From NCBI GenBank assembly GCA_020891255.1, contig BQFW01000004.1:2480001-2544000 (forward strand): a stretch of DNA of 64,000 nt. Direction: 5' to 3'. The stretch is from Entomortierella parvispora E1425 (lineage: Eukaryota; Fungi; Mortierellomycota). The notes beneath the pieces were generated by a model, which searched no databases, had not been told where the DNA came from, and saw only the letters and a list, made by a program, of their open reading frames with translations. The position numbers and the translations under genes were made by a program. Positions 10,499-22,900 of this stretch are shown piece by piece; the stretch's first letter is position 1; every line of letters starts with the position of its first letter.

Positions 10499-13400
10499 CT
10501 ACTTTCGAAAGTGTTGTGCCCATCCGTGGAGGGTTTCTGTAATCTGCGGAATCAAGGCACTGACACTTTCATTGATCAGATTCTGAAAGAACTTGATTGC
10601 CTCATCATCTGTGAGATCCAGCTGGAACCGCTCCTCGACCTTTGTACATAAACAAACAAACAAAAAAAAAAAAAAAGACAACAGATCGTCAGTTTCGTGT
10701 CAAAAAATAAAAGCAGGGAAGCAACGAAGGGGAGGGGGAGGCAGGCAGGCTCAGATGCATGCACCCTTCTAGCCCAACCCCGCTTCGTACCGACATTGCT
10801 TTCCAAATCTGCAGCTCTGTTTGTTGTCTCTTTTTTTTTTTTTCTTTTTTTCCTTTCTCCGTTTTTTTTTTCTTTCTTTTTTTTCTATTGCTTCATTTCC
10901 GTTGGATGCGTGTGTGTGGTATGTGGTGTATTTTGCTTACCTTCCAAACAGCCTTATCGGGCTCTGTCTTGATGTCTGGAATATTCGCGTCGACCATCAA
11001 TCCAAACAAGTTCAGGATCAAGTTTGCAGATTTCCTCAGGATGTTGTAAGCAGTAAAGCAATAGGATTTGAAACTCTGGTAATGGACAGAGTTGAACCCG
11101 CCCATGGCCTCGACCATCTCCTTGGTGATCTTCATGGGGGCAGGGAACGGTTTCGGGTCTCGGCCGAGAATAAATCCAAAATCAACATGGAATATGTTGC
11201 CTACAAAACAGTTTGAGCCATCGAGGAGTTTTCGTGGAGGATCACAAAGAGCAATGATTAGACATATTCTTCCCGTTCTTTTTTTGGGCTCTAGTATCAA
11301 TGTGTCGATGCGGAAACAAATAAACAGTAGACTCATACCATTGGGTGATAGTAAGAGATTGTCCAAATGCCGATCTCCTACACCCAAGAGATACATGATT
11401 ACACAGTAACCGGCTAGTAAGGTGGACGCAGGGCAAGTAAAGCTGGTTAGTCAATGGACGTGACTGAAGGCGAACAAAGGCCGAGATCCTCACATACCGC
11501 AACTCTTGACATAGGCATCCATGACATCAGGTCGAACAAAGAAGGTATCGGCACTTCGTTCATCCAAATGGTATTTCCTCCAGAACATAAGCAAGCTGCC
11601 ACTGTTCTCGTTCAGGACATTAGCCAGCGATTGCGATTTGATGAACTGAACCATTCCATGATCAGATCCGGTGGCCAAGACTTTGTATGGCATCAACTTC
11701 AAGTCCAAGTTCTCTTTTCGTAACAGATCGTCCATGAGCGTAATGATTTGAATGACGAGTTGATCCTGCCTCAGATCGTCTCCAGACTTGAAAATCGTTT
11801 GATATTGGCTGCCGTCGGTACATGAAAAAGTCAAATGGAGGGGCAGTAAACTACTTTTGAAGATACTTGACAGTTCTATTGAGGTCGATGGCAAAAAAGA
11901 ATACAGAAACGTCAGTATAAGTAATATACATTCGCCTCTACTGTGCCGATTGCAGTACAATACTAACCGGGGATGATGCCAGTTACTTCTACCCTTGGGT
12001 CGAGTGGTAGCGGCAGAGGATTAAAAGACACCAGACCATTCTTGGGTTCAGAGATGAATTCCCGTAGTTTTTCAATCTAGGTGAATACGAGCGATGGGAT
12101 TTTATGAGCAAAACACAGAACAATTGCCGCGACGAAACGCCAAGAGTTTGATCTTTTTACATACCTTCTTGGGTCGGGTCTCTCTCATTTGCTTGATGTT
12201 CTTTGAAAGACTTGCTAGCGTCTCGATGAGCTCTCCTTGTCGCCTCAGGCTCTCACGCCTCTGGACCCCTGATGCTGTCATAGCCGATTGGTATTGGTAG
12301 GAGACCAGCCCGTACATCCTCTTCTGGGTGATATCGGCACACTCAATCATCAGATACCTTCATTAAAGACGACAAAGTTAACATCATCGGATGCTTCGCT
12401 ACCCATGGAAACGAGCATTGAGACAAAGGATGGGGTGAATGCCTACCAGTGGAAATAGTTGCCCAAGATTGGGTTTTTGACAGATCTCTCAATCAAAAAC
12501 GCCGCCAGGTTTGAGCCTTCAAAACTCTCGTCAATATGCTCAAACTTGAGACCTTGTACCAGTTGCAAAAGGAAGAGAAGCAAGTCCTATTCCATAAATA
12601 AAATCGATGTCCTTCAGTCAATACACCACTTCTTTCCTGGAAGCAACACACTGAAACGTTTGGTTGGCCATTGCAGGCTCTTACATCATCGTTTGCACTT
12701 CGGAGCTGAGCTACGGCGTACGATCGTACTTCCCGGTTCTCAAATGACGATCCAAGAAGTTCCAAGGCATCATCCGTGTCAATATCAACCCAGGCCGGTA
12801 ATAGGTCGACGGCCTGTTTTGCTTCTGCAGGGTCGTTCCACACAACAGACTTCAGGAACTTTGTCAGAGCCTAAAAAAAAAAAAAAAGAATAGAAACATG
12901 AAAAGGTTATTGGGCTATTCTGCTTGGACGTGCATCGGGTGTTTGTTACATAGGTCATTGCCACCTACTCGTTTGTCCCTCGTCAAGTAGAATCTAAACT
13001 TCCATAGAAGGTCTTTTTCCTCTGCAGTCAGCGAATGTGAAGGCGGATATCTCAGTATTTGCTAAAGACAAATGTAGTTGTTAGTCACCAAAATCCCGAG
13101 GTATCTTGCACGGACACGCTGCATGGGTTGAGCTCCTACCGCTAGCTCGTCGCGGATCTTGGGATTTGGCTTGAGCTCGCGATCCAATGGACTGTTCCTG
13201 TGACTACGCACCAAGCGTCTATGTTTTGCCTCGACTGGGTTCTCTCTTTGAATCTCCGGGTCTGCAACAATGAATATAGAGTTGCTTGGGCTGGTCGTGT
13301 GGAGTGAAGGAATCGAGCTGTTGACCGATCCTCCAAAGCTGCTGGTGGTACTCAATTTCGTCTCGTATGCCTAGGAAGAGGTTTCTTTTGTAAATTCTAC

Positions 13401-14708
13401 ACAGATGACCTTTAAACCTGCATATTGCGCTATGCCTGTTTGCTTACATATTCGTCAAAAATCACTGGAAAGTCGAACCTGGGTAGTTCAATTATGAGCA
13501 GCATCTTGTCGGACTGTGCTGCATATTTCTATTTGGGATTAATGGCTGTCAGCCGTGTCCATTTGGGTCAGCTCGAGTTTTGTCCGCATCAATATTCTTG
13601 TCCGTACCTTGTGAATTTGTTCGATTTGACGATATGCCAAATTGTCGAGCCACTCAGTCCTTGGGATATCACCCCGATCCTGCTTCTTCAACAGCTATGT
13701 GACCATTAGGTTGTCCATATAAGCAGCCGTATTAATGGATGCCGTCGTCTGATATCAGCAGGGGCAAAGTCTCACTGGTTTACCTTTTCGAATCGATCCA
13801 TCTCGTCCCGTTCACCGGTATCGGAAGGCGTTTTTGTAAATTCGCTGCCATCTGCTTCGCAGTCTGGCCACATGCGCAGTTTTTGCCGACCTGTCAAAAT
13901 GATGCTGTTGACGGAGTGCACGAGAAACGTGTGAGTATCCTGGTATATAACTGTCTGCTTGACTTTTTAAATCAATGAAGGTTATCCCGATAACGCACTT
14001 GAATGGTCCAAACAATTTCATAGTGGATCCTCCAATAGGTTCGACTTTTCTGGGCGATGCCGCATCCCAAACAGTGAAGGTCAGTTGTGCATTCAAAGGA
14101 AGGTCCCTGTACTTGATCGGGAGAGCAATCCATTCATTCCATCTATTCAATTTGCACAAGGAGTACAGGTGATATTAGTCTCCGACAACTTCGGGGGGGG
14201 GGGGATCAGGTCACGGTGCGCCGTCAAAGAGCATGCCGACTTACGCAAACTTTGTGGACATTGATTTGTAGGAGGTCTTGAGCATCACGGTCAGCGGCTG
14301 ATTTCCTGCGTGTACCTGACAGGTGACATATAGATCAGGGAAGGGGCTGGGATCATAAAAAAATGGGCGTAAATCTCTAATTTGTCGTGAGCTGGGGCCT
14401 CCTGTATCTCTTCCGGGATTCTCCTGTCACTTACTTCTTTCGTTCAGCCGAGTAAGGCACTGCTTCGGCATCCAAATGGGGTCGCTTTGGCTTCCACTCT
14501 AACGAATTTCTAACAACAGGGAGGTGATGCAGAATCGACACCAGGTTCCCGTTAGCGACAGTGCTCCCATGTGATGTAAATGCGTTTGCATGTACACTCA
14601 CATTCGGACGCTAAGGTTAAGGTCCAGCTTGCTAGTCAGACAGAAAGTATAGTCCTTGTCCTTGACATGCTTGAACTTGTCGCCGTTGACATCCCGGGTG
14701 ACATTCAT
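10499..14708 (-). CDS. VPS34: Class III phosphatidylinositol 3-kinase Vps34, more than 10 exons
   Basis: MNVTRDV...[20 protein letters not shown]; C2 domain DLYVTCQV...[15 protein letters not shown]; PIK helical region [14 protein letters not shown]; [18 protein letters not shown]; GVGDRHLDN; [15 protein letters not shown]; C-terminal helix [10 protein letters not shown]. Confidence 0.97.
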
Positions 14709-15083
14709 TGCTGCTTGATGTGCGACCTGATGGGAAATAGAGAGCATGTCCTGACATGCAGGAAGTGGTCAGGCTGGACAAGTCAAGGTGATCACGTGCA
14801 CAGACAGACGCGCAATGTTCGCGTTGGCGCAGGTGAGAGCAATCATGCATGCATCGGGAAACGACAGTGACCCGGGTTAGACTGCGCATTCTCCCAGCCA
14901 AGATTCCCCTTGAGCCATGATCCATAGCTGGCAATCTGTGCGCTGTTACCCCCTGCTTGTGCATTAATTATTATCTCGACGCCAGTGTGTTCCGCATTGC
15001 CCCTGCTTGATCCCGGAAACGTTATGAAACTCGTTGGCAGCAAGATTCCCACAGTGCTCCCCAATCCTAAAAGATATAAAGTG

Positions 15084-15090
15084 TGACTCA
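15084..15090. promoter_or_regulatory. TGACTCA (Gcn4/AP-1-type site) next to a TATAAA in the divergent VPS34/DJ-1 promoter
   Basis: GATATAAAGTGTGACTCA at 15073-15090. Motif match only. Confidence 0.3.
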
Positions 15091-15200
15091 GCTGCTCTTT
15101 TTTCACTTTCTTTTCTTTCTTCACATCCACGCTCCTCTTCAATCTGCACCCAACAACACACATTCACTTCGACTTTATCAGCTTTTGCTTCATATAAAAA

Positions 15201-16275
15201 ATGGTTCCTCCCTCTGCACCCCATGGTCCCTTCCCTAAAATTCCATCAGGATCGGGCAAGCTCCGTCTCGGTGCTGTGGTCTTTAACGGAATGGATCTTC
15301 TTGATGTAAGCAGCACCAAGATGCACCTTGAGTCTTAATTGCTTGTAGTAAAGATACTTACGAATACCTTAATCCACTTTAGGTGATGGGACCCATGCGC
15401 ATCTTTGGCGAGGAAAGCAACAAACTTGATATCGAAATCTGTTTCATTTCCTCTACTTTGGACCCAATCCGCTCGTCGCAACAGGTCATGGTCACGCCTC
15501 ACTACACTATCGAGAATGCCCCTAAGCTGGACTTGCTCTTTCTTCCCGGAGGTATGGTGTCTTCTAGACCGCAATTCATTTTTTTTGTCAGTTCTTGAAC
15601 TAACATGGTTCTCTATTGTTTTTTAGGCATTGGCACCCGCACGTACACGGACGAGTCGAAGCTCTTGCAATTGATCAAGGAGCGTGCTGAGGCAGCCACC
15701 TGGGTCATGACAGTCTGCACTGGGGCTGCAATTGCTGCTAAGACTGGTCTCTTTGATGGCTATAACATGACGTAGGGCCGTGCAACAATGTTTGACCTGC
15801 TTTCTCCAAAAAGGAAGAGGTGAGCTAACAGCCATATTTGTTTTCCCCTTTGGTCTACAGCACCAACAAGTCCGCTTTTGAGTGGCCAATGACCCAGGGT
15901 AGGTTTTCTTCTTTGATAATGCAAGGTTAATATATGGGCAACTTGAACTCACACGCTCTGGTCTCTGATGGACAATAGGTCCCAAGGTGAACTGGATCAA
16001 GAAGGCTCGTTGGGTCCAGGATGGCAAGATTGTGTCGTCGTCAGGCGTCTCTGCCGGTAAGTCAAGTCTAGCGAGTCTCTCTTCCCTTTGAAAAATCAGG
16101 CACTCACTGAACACTGACACCTGTGATAGGCATCGATGCGGCTCTCTACATTGTTCAAGAGTTGGTCGACAAGGCGACTGCCGAGGCGGTTGCTGCCCAC
16201 ATTGAGTACACTTGGCATCGTGATGCCAACGACGATCCATTCGCCGAGATGTACCCTTTTACCCGTTCCGCCTAA
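15201..16275 (+). CDS. DJ-1/PfpI-superfamily protein, InhA (isocyanide hydratase)-like subgroup, 6 exons
   Basis: Spliced GAVVFNGMDLLD|VMGP...LDLLFLPGG|IGTR...VMTVCTGAAIAAKTGLFDGYNMT|TNKSAFEW...|KARWVQDGKIVSSSGVSA|GIDAALYIVQEL...DDPFAEMYPFTRSA*. The nucleophile elbow VCTG is intact. Confidence 0.88.
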
Positions 16276-16426
16276 ACACTCTTGATAGAATGGTCGCCTG
16301 AAATAAAAAAAAAAAGAACCGCGTTTCTTCCCCAGAAGAAAACAGTCACTCGTCTCCGCACACTTTTTTGTCCCTGGATGCACGCACTCTTCCATTCTCT
16401 TTGCATGCAACCACGCCCACAAAACC

Positions 16427-18708
16427 ATGGATCAGATCGCATCACTACAACAGGACACCATCGAGAGCATCATAGGCGAGAAGGCGCAAGCCCATTGGCA
16501 GGACATCCCTGAGGTCGCGCCGTTGCTCGAGCAATTCAGCTGCATCGAGGATTCACAACAGGCTTCCATGCAGTACCTCATGCGACTTATACTGTGTATA
16601 TGCGAGTCCGAAGGAGAGCAGGCCAGGAGCGTCCTCCTGTGCCTCGAAGCTTTCTGTGCGACCTCGGAACCGGCAGTAGTGGCGCAGACGGTCGCACGTT
16701 TTTTACTATACTCTGGCGAAGAATACCCCAAAATGCCATATTCAGACGAGCCAGCTGGCTGGCTCGAATGGTCTTTAGACTACCGGCAAGAGCTGGAAAA
16801 GAGAGGATCACTGACCAGGAAGCTATGGGGTTTGGTCAAAGGACATGGCCCAGAGACAGAGCAGTAAGTGTAAACTGTAAGGAAACATGGTTCTCTGGAG
16901 CTCGGTTCAAAATCAGCTAACCACTAAATCTGCTGTTCATCCAGGTTGGCGATCCAGTGGATAATAGCCCTGCTAGTCAAGCAGCGGGAAGTCGAGAAAG
17001 AAAATAGTGCCAAGGCGCCAAAACAGTCTCCTTCAGAGCCGACAGCAACAATACAGGATCACCATCAAAGTCGAGATGTTATCTATATGCTTCACTGTGG
17101 ACCCTTGGCAGAGTACAACCTCACACAGCTGGACGACGAGTCAGTTTTGAACTTTTTATTACGACTTCAAGACAATACGGACTCTAGCTCTCTTGAAAAC
17201 CAAATGCTTGTGCTTTTGAACTTACTGGATCGAGTCTTTGTCTGGATCGAGTCCAAGGATAGCTCGGACTGTATATCGCAACTGAAGACAAGAGGTACAT
17301 TTCAGAAGCGGGATTATTGATTGATGGTTCAGGTATCGTGTGTTAGTCTCAGCTCTGACCGTCGAAGCAACTTTTCTCTAGTCCTTGAATGTACAAAGGT
17401 TCCGGAGCTTGTCCTTTTCGCCATGGACTCGGTTTTGAGATTTCTGGATGGACGCTGGATCAAACCAAGGACGTCATCAGCTGTCATCAGTACCAACAAC
17501 TTGAGCATGTCGCTGCTCAGTATCAATCGGGAGCGAGAGCCTATTCACTATTTGTCCACTGGAGAATCAGGGGACCTCGGTTTTGCCGGTAGCAGACACG
17601 CAATCCAAGGAAGATCCCTCAAGCCCAGGGAAGTTCCGAAAGACGACGATCGAAGTCAAAGTGAACGGCAATTTGAAATTGGAGATCTAGTGAGCTGTTT
17701 CATGGATGGACATGGACCTGAGATTCTTGAGCAACTCGTACGGAAATTCGTAGTGCACCTAGGGATGAAGGTCGATACTGCTATGGTGGGCGCTTCGGGG
17801 GCTGCAATCAAACATGCTGGACAGCAGAGGTAATACCATGTCTATTTATTAGATCTAAAACCACTAAAGAAGAATTTGGTGGCCTGTTGTCGTGCTAGCG
17901 TTTACTTGGCTCGCACAAAGCGCGTCATTGGAGGAAGTTCTCGGAAGGCGGCATGATCTGACCTCAATCTCTTCAATTTCATGACAGAGACAAGTTGCTT
18001 CTACGGCTTATGACTGACAATCCGGTATACAAAAAGATCATGACAGAGTTCCTCGATCGAGGTATGTTCCTTGGATGTTTCTTATATGCGGTACAGAGCA
18101 ATGGATCGATGGACTGACATACTTAATTTGGTGGCGAATAGATGCATACTGTGCATCCGTGTGCCTGCCTGTGATTCAGGGAATGTTTCGATGCTCAATG
18201 GCGCACTGGAGCACATGCAAAAACACGGTACCAAAATCCTACGCAAAGGAGCTGGAAGAGGCAACTTCGCTTGCACTTTTGGCACAAAAGGTGAGGATGG
18301 ATGGACTTATTTTCTACAAATGTTTGAACTTGCTATGCAGGAACAAGGAAAAAAAACCAAGAAAGTTGGCCAACACGACACACGACTGCAGAGCTGCTCA
18401 CTTATTCCACCTTTTTTTCCTCTCTTTCTCCTTTCCTTTGAACATGGACACAGACGGGTCTTGTTCCTGATCCAGTGAGCCAGGCAGTTGTTCTTTTCCC
18501 CTTGATTGCATCGAAGGATGTGGGGTTGATACTCGAGCAGTGCTACTATGTCCTTCTGGTTCGGAATGCAGACACGCTCCCGCAACAACCCATGATGGCA
18601 AGGATACCCCCGAATTCGGATCCCAAGAGCCCAGAGCTCCAGCTCCTTCGCCGCTTGATCTTTAAACATGCAGCAAAGACGTACCACCTGGCACCCCTCT
18701 TTACATAG
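16427..18708 (+). CDS. Hypothetical, predominantly alpha-helical protein of about 570 aa, 6 exons
   Basis: ORF segments join in frame through GT-AG junctions at ~16864/16944, ~17296/17380, 17830/17987, ~18062/18141 and ~18290/18453. No family motif recognised. Confidence 0.65.
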
Positions 18709-19912
18709 TACATCCTACATACAGGCCAGCATGTGGACGATAATGAAGTTGAGCTGCGACAGAGAACAGCTAAGGGATGGGTGAGGGTGACGAGGAGGAT
18801 AGCGTCCGAGTGAGTGGACTAGCAGGACAAGTGCATCCTTGGAGGGCACAAGGTTGGTCCTTGTTTTTTGTGTCTCTGCACGAGATCAAAAGGCCCTTTT
18901 TTCTTTTTTCTTTTCTATTTTTTTGTCATTGTCCTGCCTGTCCTTGCCTTCGCATATCCTTCTTTCTTCCTTCTCTTCCCTTCCCTTTGCTTTTCTCTTG
19001 TCGTTGTCGCCTTTCCCTTTATTCTTTCTTGCGGTCCTTCCCTTTGCGCATTGCGTAGCTTCACCAACGGCATTTACTCAGGTGCGTCGGGTTGCCATGT
19101 GTCCTCTCGCGTGTCGTCCCTCTCTAGGGGCAACTTTAATACATGGACTCTTCATTGTCCGAGCCATGGATGCTTCTGCGGGCTGCAATGGGCAGGACCA
19201 GAGTGCAGGAGCGCAGGAGCGCAGCACAGGAGACACAGGAGCCAGAAACGCTGTTGTGGGGCGGGGAATGAGAGGGACCAAAGCGGCGCCCCTTGGGACT
19301 GATCTCCTGCATTATGCTTTGCTCTTGGAGACCCGTGGGGACCGACAGCTTGGGTCATGTTGGACATGGATTGGCGCTGACAGTCAGTCGACCTTCAGGA
19401 CTGGCAATGACGAATCGTCTGGTCCTCAGTGGACCAGGGACATAGTTAGAAACAAAAGCAGCAGCAGCAGCAGGAGCATGGATGGATAGATCCTCATGTA
19501 GGCAAGCAAAGCCTCACCGTGCCAGAGCCATGGAACGCAGCACAACGTTTCGTCAAACCGCCCTTGGCGCATCCTTCTGACCTGCAACACTGCCCCTCCC
19601 ACACCCCACACCCCACACATACACCCCTTGTGTCTCTTTTTGCTGACTGAATGATCCCCTATCTTGTGGGTCGTGCCGACCAATGTGCAATGGGGGTGCT
19701 CGGTCTAGATCAGAAAACACGAGTCTCAGGTCCGAGGAGAGGAATCGTTACTAATCTGCACAGCTTGCTGTCTTCCTACCTTGTATCCTTCATTAGAGCA
19801 GGCACATCTTTGGCAGTTACAGACCATTGAAGACGTACACTCCTTCGACCACCAGCCAGTCATCCAACCATTCGGCCAACAAAAGTCCTTTTGACGAAAC
19901 AAACCTGTTCAT

Positions 19913-22900
19913 ATGCAGATCGCGGACACGCAGGATACAAGCATACCTTTCATGACTTCTCATCCCAGCACAGCAGGCGGCCTGCGCGCATCACGGTCGA
20001 CCTCCACTTTTACAAGCAATTCGCCCCTTGATCCGCTACCTCTCTCACGGCGCACATCCTCTGTCGACTCGGCGACGTTGCTGCCTTCGACCACCGTGAC
20101 CGCTACAGCTTCGAAAACGACAATGCTCTCGGCATCCTCCTCTTTGCAGTCGTCGGGGTCGTTTACGACTTCTGCTTCACCCTCCGCATCATCGTCTTCG
20201 CTCGCCTCTACCCCTTCACCAACTACAACACACGAGCCTCAATCTACAAGCTTTGTCTCTGACCCCCAGTCACGGGAGTCTTCAGCCCTCGACTCTTCCA
20301 TCTCGCAAACACCCTCAGCCAGTACACCGCGTTCAGGAAGCAGCAAAGGATCCTTGTCCAGACCGGCATCTTCGTCAAACCATCGGACATTTGCTTCCAC
20401 AACCAGATCAAAGGCACCAGTCGTGCCGCCCATGGATCCACTTTTCTTTGGGGACTACTCTTTCCCAGAACATCCCGCCATTCACGATCTGCTCCAGGTG
20501 TTCCTCTTGGACAAAAGCTCAAAGCAAAAGGATTTTCACCACTCACTCCAGCTTCACGCACACCTCATGGGACTAGCCCTCGCCGCAAGAGTTTCTAGAG
20601 GCCTCGATCTTGCGTACGACCATGCTCATGATGCATTCAAGAACAAGCAAAAACCAGAGCGAAGAAGCGAGTTTATCTCTTGCTACAATTATACCCACGA
20701 AGAAACAGAGCGTATTATGCACCATACTTTGGCGCACCCTCACCCTCGACCTAGTTTCCTCGACATGATGAACCCGTCATCCTCATCCGCCATACTGACC
20801 TTTCTCCACCGACTCAGGACTGATCCAATGATACTGGCCACGGCTTTCAGGAACTTGCAGTCACAGGAACTGGACACTCTACTTTCACCAGATCGAGCAA
20901 CAGCGCAGGCTTACAACCATGTAGGCAGCCGTGTTTCACGCGAGAGAGGCTATAGCATGCAGCACGGTCCTTATCACTCCGCGCAACAATCTTCGCCTCT
21001 CAACCAATCTTCCTCGCAGGACCGAGCGCAACCTCACCATCAAGGCAATGTGCCGAATTTTGTCAATGGTCAAGACCTTGTTCATATTATACTCTGCAAC
21101 CTTTTCGGCCCATCGTCTTTTGAGCGCGAACATGCCCTTAGGACGAGTGTCCTAAAGTCAACGTTTGTGGGGCTTTTGACAGACAAAAAAGGCGAACGGT
21201 TGATGACGGACGTTCTCGAGCGTTATGTGGCACAGTCAGAGTGGCAACAATCCTTTCGCGTGAAAGCAAATTTTGAACGAACACTGCTGGATATCGTTCA
21301 CCGAGGAGAATCTACGCTCGTAGGGTTCACGGACGATGAACTGAATGCAAACATCGTGCCTACTATCTATGGCCAGTTTAGTCAGCCTCTAGGAAAGATG
21401 CCCAGTGCCCCGATCATGAAAATGGATATAGCCGACCCCACGAACCTACAACAAAATCGATACGGTAGCTCATTCAAGGAGGGTGATAGAATGGGTACAT
21501 TAGATCCTCCCCGCTCTCGGGCTCACGCGGAAAGGACGGATCGGCAAACCGTCATCGAAGAATTCTATGTTGAGGCATGTTTGGAGATTCTGGACGCGCT
21601 GGATGAATTTAGTCCGCCTTGTATCTTTGAGCTCTCTCGCATGATCTTTGAAGAGATTGATGAAAGGACCAAGCCATATGCATCCTTGATCATCATTGTC
21701 AAGTTTTTCTTTTACCGATTCATGAACAAGTGTATCGCGTATCCTGAGGTAATGACTCGCTCATTTTTGTGCCTATGACTTTCAATTGTTTTTGAGCGTT
21801 CTTAATAATATCTGCGCCACTTGCTTCTAGACCTACGGGATGATGCAAGAGGTATTTATCACGGAAAGACAGCGACAGAGTATCTTGTACACAACGCACC
21901 AGCGACTCTATCGTTATGTAACAAGCATTCTCAACCCAGTGCCTGGATGGTATGTGATTCAATGTCTGTCTTTATTATACTGTAAGAAAGACCACTAACC
22001 ATAATATCCTCAACTCCAGGGAATCGCGTTCTCCTGTGATTGACGTTAGAATCCGGGACAAGGTCGACCTGTTTGTCAGTAGATTCACGACTGCCGAGGT
22101 CAGTGGGAGAGACGAACCGCAATATACCCTTAAATCCATTGTGGAGCTTTCAACCCCAGGGCCGATGCCAGAGAGAGTCCAGCACAACCCGTTCAAGGGG
22201 CCCACGGTCACGCCAGTCTTGCTGTTGTGTCCGTCTGATTTCACAACACTTTTCTACTTTGTGTGCCCATATCTTCGATCTGTCAGTTCCGCCTCCGGTT
22301 CTGGATCGGCAGCGCCAATGACCCGATCGAGCAGTTTCAGCGGAAAAGGGATTGTCTCCACACGGATGAGAACCTCTTCTGAAACACCGCCTACATACCC
22401 GGCTGCCATGCGAGCTGCAGCCGCAGCCGCTTCCAACAACAGCTCTACAACAACAGGTTCCGGTGCTACACATCCGCCGGCTGTCTCACGAACACACAAA
22501 AGGTCCTCACCAAGCTTCCCTTTTTTTGCAGCGGCATCGGTGTCGCTACCTTTCAAGTCGAAGCCTCCTCCTCTACCTCTCGAAAAGTACCCTACGGCCC
22601 CTGCAGAATCTTCGACATTTCTCTCTCTCTCAGGAATTAAACTTGGACAGGTAGTCTCCCCCAAAACGGCCACGGTGGAAGTCACTAGTTGTGCTGCAGG
22701 GTCGGTGTCGTCTCAGCCTGTGACATGCTCCACGGATAAAACCGCCAGCGTTTCGCCAACTCTTAGTGCAGCCTCAACATCCTCCATCTCGTCGCTTCGT
22801 TCAGCTGAAACAGCTTCTCCCCAGGTGATGGAACATTGGACCGATGAGTCATTACTGCCAGATTTGAAGTCAGCCATTCAAGAGCTGAAAAGGTTCCAGG

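Noticed and set aside
15193-15200. TATAAAAA immediately before the DJ-1 ATG
   Set aside because: Too close to the start codon to be a TATA box; more likely an A-rich initiation context.
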